Shown: one piece after another, positions 53,238 through 64,000 of the stretch | Numbering within the stretch: position 1 is the first letter of the stretch | Layout: each line of letters starts with the position of its first letter | Assembly (NCBI GenBank): GCA_976226885.1 | Contig: OZ320317.1 | Location: 24,800,001-24,864,000, forward strand | DNA: 64,000 nt | Direction of reading: 5' to 3' | Source of the DNA: Iphione sp. A-MEVVRFRX5 | Lineage: Eukaryota | Made by a program: the position numbers and the translations under genes | Notes under the pieces: generated by a model | The model's input: only the letters and a program-made list of their open reading frames with translations | Database searches by the model: none | Told to the model about the DNA's origin: nothing

Positions 53238-55021
53238 TTAATGAAGTTCAGAGTCCCTTTCTTCTGCCTAACTGCATGATTTTATTGGATTCCCGGAATT
53301 ACATAAAAACACGTATCTCGCATAGAAGTCAGCACAAGTGAGAAATGAGCCCTAGAAGTTATGCAAATTGAGCTAATATCGGCCCTTGCCTGAAGGTCTG
53401 TAATGGAAGTAGAACACCTGTTCCTGCTGGGTGTTATTCACAACTATGACAACGGTGTGGTCCACAGGGACGTACTCAACTACATTTTATTTTGTATCAG
53501 CTGATTTTAGATGGGCTGTGTTGTACCCAGCTCGGTTTTGGATGTTTCAATTGAATATAAGATGTCCTAGCTGAGATTACGATGTACTAAGATGGGTACA
53601 ATATGTACTAAGCCAAGTTAAGGTTGTACTCAACCGAATTTAGTCAGTTGCGTTTTGCGTCCGGGTTTTACCTAACTAAACTGCACGCAAGAGGTAATAA
53701 GGGTTATTCTTTTGTTTGTGACATCTGTTTACAGAAATAATGAAGCCTCTATTTGGTAATACAATTCAAAGGTGATTTTTCTTATACATAAAACACACCA
53801 GCTGATATGAATATATATATTTATTTTTTACACATAAAATACATCTGAAATACAAGATTCAATAAAAATGCTTTGTTAAAGAATTTCATGTAAACTTGCC
53901 AATAAGAGCAGTCACAAACAAGAGAGAAAGGATTTATGTGAAACATTTAGGATGTCCTAAAAATTCACCAAGTGATCGAGAAATATTTTTAGAATGAAAT
54001 TCACCACTGATGATACCACGACAAAACTAGTTGTCGAATTCTTGTTCCTTTGTTGTAGTTACAGGCTTATTGTAAAGAGGACAGCACCTTGATGCCTGAC
54101 AATCGACAAGTAGCAACACGATTCCCCCCTGCAGTTATTACACAGTGACAGGTAGACACGACTGCCATCATCCACTCCCACTCCATTACTCTCATTACTA
54201 CATTACTCTCATTCACACTGAATGTATGGGACTCGCAAACAAACAATATGTGGATCTATGGATGTATATTAGTCTCCCAGTTCCCTAAAGGGATGGGCTG
54301 GTCACAGGTGGAGCCACTGCTGTTGTTATAAGCGGCAGACAAATTTCTCAGTATTAAAGGCACACAAGATTTCATACATGCTACTCCATTTTACTCCTAT
54401 AACCTCGCGGCCATTTGACCCTTCCCCCAAACTTTCAGGATTAGAAGTCCTTTTATCTTTTATCCTTCAATTTTAGTTTGGCATTTCCCTCTTTCCTTAT
54501 GNNNNNNNNNNNNNNNNNNNNNNNNNNNNNNNNNNNNNNNNNNNNNNNNNNNNNNNNNNNNNNNNNNNNNNNNNNNNNNNNNNNNNNNNNNNNNNNNNNN
54601 NNNNNNNNNNNNNNNNNNNNNNNNNNNNNNNNNNNNNNNNNNTGTTACTTTCTCTTTTCCTCTGCCTGCATGTCAACCGGTAATTCATTTATATGACTAA
54701 CACTCTAGTTCTTTCTTTCTTCTTCATCATCTCATGTCTGTCATTACACCTCCTCCTGCCCCCTCTCTCTTTTTTTCATCTGTCTGTCTGTGCCTCGGTT
54801 TTCTCTCTGGGACTCACTCTACTATCTTCTTTTAATCTCAGAATGTCGCTTTCTCTGTGTCCATCTTTTCCTGTGCTCTCCTCTTTGTCCTCCGTTCTAT
54901 TGGTCATCCCTTTATATATCTTTACATCGGTAATACAACATTATATAATAATGTTGTAGCTTTGTTAAGTAGCCATGTTCTGCTGGGCTGAAAACATCCA
55001 CCCAGCTTGATAGCTGCATCT

Positions 55022-56351
55022 CTACTCCTCTTCATTCACCACAAGCAGCAGTTTCTGGACGAAGAACGTGAACTTATCTGCAATGAGATGATGATACAAT
55101 TGGTGCTCGTACCTATCTATAACCTGAAATAATCAGATATGTCTGAAAATCTTCTATAAATTATCTCTGTAAAAAAACTTGTAGACAATGTAAACGTATA
55201 TAGTTCTTGTGTGTAGCTGCATAATTAATCCTTAAAGGCATCGGAAAAAGTGTTCATGAAAACATTTTGAAAATGAAAAGGCAGTGAACGGGGGAAGAAA
55301 ATATAAAAATTACAAGCGGGAAATATAAAGGGAGACGACTGATTACGAATGATAGCGTGAGTTGAGCAAGGTGATCGATAATAATGAGAGACTAAAGCAA
55401 TACCTCTTTGAACAATATACTTGAGATCCATGATATCATTGCGTTGTCAACAATTTCGTTACTGGAGGTACATTGAGTCGGCTATGAGAATCAACCTGCA
55501 GCACGTACTTTGCATTAGTAACTTGAGATTATTTTACCGACTTCGTCATGAGGGAGCTCCGTTCGTGGACGAGTCGTTTAAACCTGCACTTACCAAAACT
55601 GTTCGGAGCACCTGCCCTGAGTCTCTCTGTCCTCGCTCTCAAGATGGCGTAGGCAGGGAGGCCAGCCGCAATAGGAAGAAGGCCGATCCCGTTCCTAACG
55701 GGATATCGGACGAGACCTATCGTTGCCAGGGAAACGAGGACGGCCAAAGATAGGATGGGTAGTGCAAGAGGCACCTGGAAATGAAGCAAACATTACCAAT
55801 GTATCATATTGCGAAAGCCTCTAATCGGGACACCCTTGGTTCTTTCTCAAGCTGCCCCTAGTTGAGACATGTCCCTATTGGAGACTTCTTTAGTTATAAA
55901 ATCTGTTCTTTACAAAGGTGTCCCTATCAGAGACATGTCCGTATTGGAGATGTGTCCCTAAGGTGGCTTTCTACTGTAATGTGTTGACATTTAGACCGCT
56001 GGTATGAAATGAACGGTTTCATACACATATACACATAAAGTGTAACCTCTTATTCTTACATCTGTGCAATTTACAATAAATGTTTGTATGCTCGAATCAT
56101 TCTTGAGCTCTCTTTTAAACGTTTGACATAACACGACCAGGTTATAGTTTGCACAGACAAAGTTTCCCCAGCCATACTTGACGAGGGGCCCCGAGTCTTA
56201 CTTTGAATGTTGCCTGCAGAGTAGGATTCCTAATCTTCAAACTGATGAGACTCAACGTGGTCAGGCCTATGAAGAGAAGATCTGTGAAGCCTAGATACTC
56301 AATCACACTGACAGGGTCACCCCATAGTGACCACAGGGAAGAGAGGACACA
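55022..56351 (-). CDS. SLC7 family (LAT/y+LAT/b0,+AT-type) amino acid transporter light chain, last three coding exons (5'-partial)
   Basis: Exons 56351-56202 (50 aa CVLSSLWSLWGDPVSVIEYLGFTDLLFIGLTTLSLISLKIRNPTLQATFK, TM9-10), 55774-55594 (VPLALPILSL...GIGLLPIAAGLPAY, TM11-12), 55077-55022 (DKFTFFVQKLLLVVNEEE*, typical QKL..VV end). GT-AG sites with phases 0/0/1 appear to match vertebrate LAT1 exon boundaries as recalled. Confidence 0.8.
55810..55976. mobile_element. Degenerate Tigger/pogo-like MITE in an SLC7 intron
   Basis: Right end ...gtgtccctaaggtggctttctactg|ta; left end gaaagcctctaatcgggacac is the decayed inverted match. Confidence 0.5.
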
Positions 56352-58229
56352 CTGGAAGATGAAGGCAGGAACAGACTTGCTGTAGTACATGTAGAATAAT
56401 TGAGAGAGAATAGTTACTATGGAAATGAGTGCATGGATAGAGCTGAAAGACAATAGAGGTGACAGGGATTATCTGAACATATCGAAGGTACATATTACGT
56501 AGAAAATTACAGATAGATGTTAAATGGACATTGCCTGGGCACAGAGAAAGCACAGAGTGAGGAAGATGATTTATTTTGTAGAAAGGCACAGATAAAAAAG
56601 AGAGAGCATTCGATAAAGACAAACATTTCATGAAGGCACAGAAAAACATACCGCATAGAAATGTTTTGATGAAGATAAGAGGTATTACATCATTTGCATC
56701 AATGCTCCAAGATTTGAGTGAATATATAGAAAACAAGGCAACATAACTGAATAGGCATTACCATGTCTCTGTGCACATTTTATACTGAATGATTTAGCTG
56801 GGTTATACATAATCCTAGAGGAAATAGGGTTTTATTGATGTCATTGTTCCAATAATCCAAGTTTCCTTAACTTTCGTTGTCCTATTTCATAAAGCTTTAT
56901 GGAGGGAGGAAATGAAAAGAAAATGTATAGCTTGTAGCTCTGATACCGCGGATAATCAATAAATCACAATCAAAATAATATGTCCCGTGTACGTTTACTA
57001 AATTCATCGGATCTACCTTTACTAGTCTAGGAGGAGATAAAAACACCACCTGCTAACACAGAAATGAACAACAGAATGCTTTCCTTTGCCCACCGTGCTA
57101 TACATGTATAACGGAGTGGTATGTATTACCATTTAAATGACTATATTGCTTCACACACTTCACCAGTTCACACCGAGACATTCATCGGTCATATTTCGCA
57201 AGTAGTAAACCTTTATAGAGCCTTACAATGAACTGAAGTGAATCGATTATAGACAAAATCATTTCCGTGAACTGAATACGGCTCCATGCTAGCGTCCCTG
57301 TAGTATTTTGTTACTTGGTCACACGGCACAAATTAAGAAAGGTCTATCCACAAGCTTCAGTATCCCGGGGGACAAAGTGCTGCTAATTTCCTGAGCACGC
57401 AGCAAGAAGAAAAACCCGCGAAAAGCCTCCAGCGATGGCAGACAAAGGAAATGCTACTTTTAGACTCTGATGGGATCAAAAGCGTTTTAAAAATAAAAAG
57501 GGAACAAAAGGAATCTATATATATTTACATACTATGTATTGTATACATGTCTTGACGTGCATTGGGAGTGCACTCTCAAAATGGGATAAAATACGGGGAC
57601 CGACTTTGGAATTATTATACAAGAGTAGAGAACTGACAGTATATTAAGCAGTCTACCTTCACGCTGTGTTTCTCGTACCTCGGAAGATGAATATTGACCA
57701 GTAAAAAACACTTCCAAATTCCAATTCATGATGCTAAGAAATCTGAGGCGAACTAACTAACATGCCGGGATGATCAACCCATATTCTATCCATCCACAGG
57801 TCTTCAGTATTCTGTAAAAGCGTTAAGGTTTTTCTCCGTATAAAAGTACGAAATGTATATAAATATATATTATGCGCCAAAGCTAAATTTGCACAATTCT
57901 GAAACGGTGCGGTGCAATTTAGGAAATGCAATGTAAAATTCCAGAATTTCTGTTTCCTAAATGATAGGGCACAAGACTGAGGAAGGGAAACAGGTGAATA
58001 AAGAGAGAGGGGGGAAGGAAGGAACAGGGAGATATCGTGGAAAATAGAGGGAGAGAAAAAGGAGAGGGAGAGAGAGAGGAGAAAGGGAAGTCTGGCTCCT
58101 ACTTTCACCCTTTCTTACTCTCTCTATACCTCCCTCTTTATCCCAGCATCCCTCCGTGGCAAAACTGTACAACTGCCGGACGATCTTGTGTCTAATGACA
58201 AGAGCTTGTTCAAAAGAAAAGCTAACGTT

Positions 58230-58705
58230 TGTAACAAAAGACACCAGAGCAGGTTCTTCAAATCGTCCGGCCTTTATTTCTGAAGCACAGCATCACAGGT
58301 TACACGGTCATCTCTGGCGGATCCCAACTAGGGACACGCACTTCAATCCTTATATACCCAGCAATGACGTAAACAACGCTAACGAAAGTATGCAAAGCCC
58401 GCCACGCTATCACCAGCGGAAGTCTCGTTAGACATCACACGATTGATCACCCATTGTGTCGACTCCAACTAGCTACAGTATCGCATGCTTCTACTGATAA
58501 TACCTCGTTAATTGCAATGGTCACTTCGTCAACAAGATAAGGACAACCTGTTTACAAGTTAGGCGTCATGTACGCCAATCGAAAATTTTAACTGCGTCTC
58601 CAGTAAAAGGTCTTTCTTTAACTGCGTATATCTGTACACTATACAAAACACAGTATGCCCTTCTCTCATGCATATATTCTTAACTCATTCTGGTACTGTG
58701 TCACA
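58230..58705 (-). repeat. 3' LTR (476 bp) of the Gypsy element
   Basis: Begins TGTGACA immediately after the PPT and ends TGTTACA; contains TATATAA (58350-58356) and AATAAA (58273-58278) in the expected order on the minus strand. The 5' LTR is outside the window, so identity and TSD are unverified. Confidence 0.8.
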
Positions 58706-59916
58706 TCCCTCCCCTTCTTGAGAGCAATGCCACCATTGCCCAGCGTATGTATGGCCAAGGCTATTGACTGATATTATCAGGACAACTTGGGCCGTTGTCC
58801 TTACACAAGACTATACGCTCCGTATTCAGGTACAGGAAAACCTAGCTGGCCATTATCTGAACCTGCCTAGGCTATTGGAAGAGGGCATCATCCGGTCGCT
58901 GCAACCACGCACGCTGCCATCGGATCTGGAGTACGTCCCAATGGAGAAGGAACTACTCACCCGGGAAGAACGAGGCATATTCTCGGTCATATCTACACCC
59001 GGACTTCCATCACAAAAATATTCCTATCTTCCTATCCTACTGTATCATTTTAATTTCATTCTTGTGTATTTTATTTTGTTTGTTTAAGAGAACCACCCGT
59101 CACGCTCCTGTGACTGGAATTCAGCACACCACGTCCTTAGGGAGTTGCACAAGGACCGCATTTTCTCGTCTGCTGGTGAAGTACAGATCAATCATTCTCA
59201 TCGTAAGAGTGGGGGTAACCTCTTGGAAAGAAAGAATAGAGTATGGGAATACGGAACTGAAGCAAGGCCTTGGCCGACAAGCTCAGACTCCCTGGATGAC
59301 CATGAGAGATCCCTTCACAGGGAAGTGGACAGCTTGGGCCCACCACCTCACAGAAGACTACAGTCCGTAGGAAAGAAAGTGTGGCGGCCCTAAGGCTCAG
59401 ACCAATCCTTGGAGCGCTAAGAGGAGGGCACTCCGAAACAATATGTACAACTAGGAGACCAGTCCTCTCAACCTTCCGCGGCAGTCTGACACCTTCCCGT
59501 TACTAATTAACCCAAGCGATTATAGTGATTTTATCCTCCTTACAGGTAATATGGTACGTGTTGATTCACAACCATGGCCATCAGCCTCTTTGTCCATTAT
59601 TTCAAGTCATCACAATTCAGCAATTGGTTACACAAGATTAAATGTTAACACGCGTTGGTTACATGTCATGACATTCACGGTATACATACTTTGTTTGGTT
59701 TTTTTTTTGTTTTTTTTTTTATTTCCAATAATAACAACAACACTTTTCAACAATCGACCCGTCCGGCGGTAACTACACCAGAAACAACAGCAACAACAAG
59801 ACATCTTGAGCGGTAGACTCGCCTGGTCTAGCACTCGTGTCGACACTACATAACAACAGTATACCTTGAGCGGGAGATCTTCTCTCCACCTGCCAACCAT
59901 GTACTCATAACCCCAT

Positions 59917-62108
59917 TTACTGAAATACGGAAAAGGGATACTTCTTGGGAGCTGTCGCCTGCAACCCCGTGTTGCCCTCGGGTCTATACACTTCAAGCTG
60001 CTGGGATGGACCATTAGACAAACGCACCGCACACTCAGGCACCACTCTCTCAGGTTCAGGCAAGGGCGGAATGGCATAAGTGACAGTGGTATTAGTAGGT
60101 CGCACCCGTTCAGGACTTTCCTTCGCACCTGCTTCCCCTAAATTGATGGTAATAGGAGCCGACCCATTTCCTGACCCCCTTGGTCCCATAGGTGACCGCT
60201 GAGCTAAGCGCCTCCATTTTCCCTTTTTGCACAAACAACAATAGCAGCACATTCCCAAAGTCAGTGCTGAACTCAATCCTCCTAACGCCCAAATAATCAT
60301 AGAAGTCATTGAGGTTCCTGGCAACAAGGGATTATTTGCCACTCGATCGTACAGGTTATTAATACGTTGCATGATGTCTGCTACATCTGACTCCATTAAC
60401 GCCGGAAGAGGTTGCAAGTTCCCTGTATGGTTGGGAGATTCAGGCAGATTTGGGGTCCAGACCAAAAGTTCGTTTACCACAAGCCCAGTAGGTAACACAA
60501 TAGGGTCACGCTCTACCTCATACTCGCTCCTCTGTTGGTAGTATGTTGGTAGTGACATTTGGTCCCCAATAGCTCCACAACCATTTGGCAAGTTCACTAG
60601 CGCAAACGGCGCCGGTACGTTTCTCCGATACATCGTACCGTTAACACATTGAATCCGCAAGGTCAAATCCATGGGCGTAGTCACCACCCAATTGCCCCTA
60701 TCCAAATAACGCGCTTGCGGCATGGACACATTGTCCAGTACAATTCGCTGGCACAACTCGCGAACCCGTTCTACCTCTCCTCGGAAGATAGCCATAACGC
60801 AATAAGAGTGCATATTCAGTTCGTAGACGGAGAGGAGACGAGGTAAGACCCTTCTCGCAACTGACATCTAACCAGTTCTTCGGTGGTCGCAATGGCATAA
60901 CGCCGTCTGTCCTTGGTGACTCTGAAGTAGGTGAACTCCAACTGGAACTGAACAGCTCTGCCCGCTTGAATAGGTACAGGAATGTTCACTGCCTCATACA
61001 TCGTGTATGAAGCCATCGGGTCAATTAGCGAAACACTCACAGAAGTGATGATTCGTCCCTCAAAGATGATGGTAGTTGTCTCTAAAGTACTATAGTAGCT
61101 CCACACATCATCAGGCTCAAAAGGTAACTGGAGTGTTGGAGGCAGCTGACGAGCTACACCAGCAAGCAACTCCTTCAGCTCAGTAGCCGGAACGACTTCA
61201 GGTGTCAAATGTCCTCCTAACAAGTGATCTACTCGGGCCTCAAGTCAGTCGACTGCGCTTTCCCAAACAGCTAACTGATACTCGAATCTGGAGAAATATC
61301 GCTCAGCGTTTAATATGGTATGGATATGCTGTATCTCCTTCGCGGTAATGTTACTAGCGCGCTGTAAAGCCTCCCATAAATCTCCTTCTACCAGCTGTAA
61401 TTTACTCATCACGTCATTCACACCATCTCTGTTTCGCCTAATCTCAACTCGAGTCTGATTGATAAGAGTCATCATGTCTCCCATAATGGTCATCATTTCC
61501 AGCTGTTGTCTCTGCATTTGTCCCACGCGATGTTTGATAACATGGATCTCATTTCCTACCACACCAAAACCAGTGGCGGTACCGGCAACCAGCGTGATAA
61601 GGCCAGTCACAGCCGCTACCATGACTGCCCGTTTCTTCCTGGGTCCCGTTCGATTAAGAGCTAGAGACGGATCATGGACGGTAGCAAACGGAATGCGCCC
61701 CGGCCGAGTCTGCACCCCAAGCCGCGCTATGCTGTCAATCCGCTGCAAACCCAGACGTATTCGCTCCAGTAACACGTCAGCTCGGTCCATCTGCGATCTC
61801 ATAAGGGTTCTCGCAACCGTTTCTGTACGTACACGATCCCCATAACGGTGGCGCGGCGGCATAACCAAATACGCCATCTTCAAGAACCCGTTTCTCGTCT
61901 TGTTCAACTGCTCTTGTAGGACATAACCGGCTTCCTTGTATTGATCATATTCCAACACCAGATCAATTCTCCATGTCGACAACACCGATCTCACATCCAG
62001 TCTCTTTTTGAAGATCACATTTTCCAAGGAGCCCTCCTGCGATTGGCCAACCCACGCCAACAACATCAGAATCAAGAGGCCACCTGGAAGTAAAGAAGAG
62101 AACCGCAT
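59917..62108 (-). pseudogene. env: Envelope/fusion glycoprotein (class I-like; baculovirus F / errantivirus env-type architecture), ~730 aa, one nonsense and one frameshift
   Basis: Signal peptide MRFSSLLPGGLLILMLLAWVG, furin site RKKR (61629-61640), fusion peptide AVMVAAVTGLITLVAGTATGFGVVG, heptad-repeat region, G.L.P..+P motif, Cys-rich region, TM IIWALGGLSSALTLGM followed by CCYCCLC and a cytoplasmic tail. In-frame TGA at 61245; frameshift near 60826. Confidence 0.85.
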
Positions 62109-62111
62109 TAA

Positions 62112-64000
62112 TTATGGTTCACTCTTCTCTATCTTCAACGCGGAACGCAACACATCAGCTACTTCATCTAATTGCGTCAATACATCAACTAATGCATCCG
62201 TTGTCTGGCCTATCTCTTCCTCCTCGACTAACAACACCTGTTGGTCAGACCTAGCTCGTTTTTCTACTGGCGGTACTTCGTCCATCATGCTCTGCTCGCG
62301 TTTGACCACCGATCTAGTCCGGTAAGGCGCCAACCCATGGCCCTCTACCCTAGACCTAACTGCAACTTGATCACTCTCTCTCCCTCTTTCCATATTCTCT
62401 TGGGTCTCCATCGGATCCACAGCTATTACGGTCGGAACAACTGTGTCGGTCTGCCCTTCTACATGGTCTTCATGCTGACCTTCTCACCCTCCCTCCTGAC
62501 TCAGGGTCGTTGAGTGCAGGTTCTCGCGATGAGCTACAGGACCATGCGCCTGCTTCGGTGGACTCGCGCTTCCCGCGGGGCCCTCCACCTCAACCCGCCC
62601 TTCCTCCTCGGGATTGGGGTTGACTACCCTCAGCACGTCATGCTGACGTTCTCTTCCAAACAATTGGGCCAACGGGATTTCGTCTTCTGAAGAGAACTCG
62701 GATCCGCTTCCCTCGGATCCCCCCTCCTCCGCCGAGCCCAAGTCGGACGGAGAGGACGAGCCGGCTAAAGCAACACGCCGGCGCGGTCATCCCATCTCTT
62801 CGCGTTTCTGCGGCAACCTACAGTCCAGGTCCGCTAACCGAAGACGATCACTGTGGACCTTACTCAACTTCCCCGTTATCTGATCCTTGACCACCAAGTT
62901 GACCGGCAACAAACATTCCACTACGCGATGATATGGCCGCCACCTCATATCCAGCTTATGCTTCCGCAGGGGATTCTGTACATAAACAGGGTCCCCCACC
63001 TCAAAGGACACATCAGTGGCACGCTTATCATGATACTTCTTCATGCGTTGCCGCGCTTTAGCGACATTGTGACGTACCACTGTCATGGCTTGGTGATGCC
63101 GCTGCATCGCCAATTTATGGTGCTCCTCCCCGTAATACCACAACCTTGGTTGGAGCAAAGTGTCCAAAGGCAACACTGGGTCTCTCGCATGCAGCAAGTA
63201 AAAGGGAGTGTACTTAGTCGACTCATTCGTACTCATACGCATAGCCAACAAAGCTGAGGGAATCACCTCCTCCCAGTGTGCCATATCGCTCAACGTCAAC
63301 TTCGCCACGATGTCATTCCATACCCGATGCATGCGCTCAACCTTACCGTTCGCAGCTGGATGGTACGGACTTGTGGTGATACGTACTACACCGAGTTCCT
63401 TACAGAGACCTGCGACAACCTCGTTTACAAATTCCGTCCCATTATCCGACAACAATACCACCGGCATCCGTGCCTAGGCATAATGTCCGTCGCTAGGATC
63501 TGTGCGACCGTCATGGCCCTCTTATCAACCATGGGGAACAACTCTGGCCATCCAGAATAGACATCGATCAAGGACAACACATACTTGTACCCCGCCTTGG
63601 ACTCAGGATATGGCCCACAGGTGTCGACCGCTACCTTCTGAAACGGAAAGACAATGCTCTCCATTTCCTGCAGTTGCCTCAGCTGCCTTCTCAGGTTCCT
63701 TGTGTTACACTCAACACATCGCCTGATATATCTCACGACATCCACATACAGATTTCTCCAATAATACAGTCCGCGTATGCGATCATACGTTTTATCAATC
63801 CCCATATGCCCCATCCGATCGTGTTGCTGATCCAACACTGTATTATGGAACACCTGTGGTACCACCACACGCAAGCGAGCTTCTGGACGCTCACTCACAT
63901 AGTACCACAACTCCTCCAGTCGCACAAACTTTGGCCCCTCCTTTAGCCGTCGGCATTCAGGGTCCTGCGCCTGTGCCCTTTTCATGTCTACGTTTCGCAA
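62112..64000 (-). pseudogene. pol: Gypsy pol 3' part: integrase (HHCC, DDE, GPY/F) plus acidic C-terminal extension; disrupted
   Basis: HDRMGH...CVEC zinc finger, VAVD/SDNG/KVER catalytic triad, FEVGDPVYV...RWRPY module; 1-nt deletion near 63462 and in-frame TGA at 62787 and 62484; terminal TAA at 62112-62114. Confidence 0.92.

Larger units (their letters stand above)
58230..64000 (-). mobile_element. env-carrying Ty3/Gypsy LTR retrotransposon (endogenous retrovirus-like), 3' portion
   Basis: Order on minus strand: integrase, pol C-terminal extension, env-like ORF, ~1.2-kb 3' region, polypurine tract AAGAAGGGGAGGGA (58706-58719), LTR. Runs off the window end. Confidence 0.92.

Noticed and set aside
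52071-54180. Scattered exon-like pieces (52071-52130 minus, 53370-53480, 54065-54150)
   Set aside because: Ambiguous frames and strands; they could not be chained or assigned to a family.
19756-54696. ORFs containing long X runs (e.g. 19756-20166, 24930-25368, 25729-26391, 27161-27442, 38457-38781, 54478-54696)
   Set aside because: They are open only because they cross assembly N-gaps.
60110-63946. Plus-strand ORFs over env and integrase (e.g. 61459-61845, 62853-63257)
   Set aside because: Antisense shadows of the minus-strand retroelement ORFs, with no independent signal.

Overview
Eukaryotic, intron-rich scaffold from a draft assembly with six N-gaps. It is most likely a marine invertebrate; an annelid or other lophotrochozoan is suggested by the TRPV-like channel type (inference). 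Contents: (1) a tail-to-tail pair of paralogous interferon regulatory factor genes. IRF-A (+, 5' end outside the window) has the DNA-binding domain, linker and IRF-association domain (IAD). IRF-B (-) has a ~213-aa extension before the DNA-binding domain, no IAD, a PxDLS CtBP-type motif, and an ISRE/kB-like cluster in its putative first intron. (2) A single-exon 616-aa TRPV-like channel. (3) The last three coding exons of an SLC7 (LAT-type) amino-acid transporter. (4) The 3' part of an env-carrying Ty3/Gypsy LTR element (integrase, class I-like fusion glycoprotein, PPT, 476-bp 3' LTR) with a few inactivating mutations. (5) Decayed LINE, Penelope and Gypsy fragments, MITEs and tandem repeats, including decayed tandem echoes of exons next to the real exons. 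Exon models were built by hand from GT/AG sites and phase continuity. No database searches were run.
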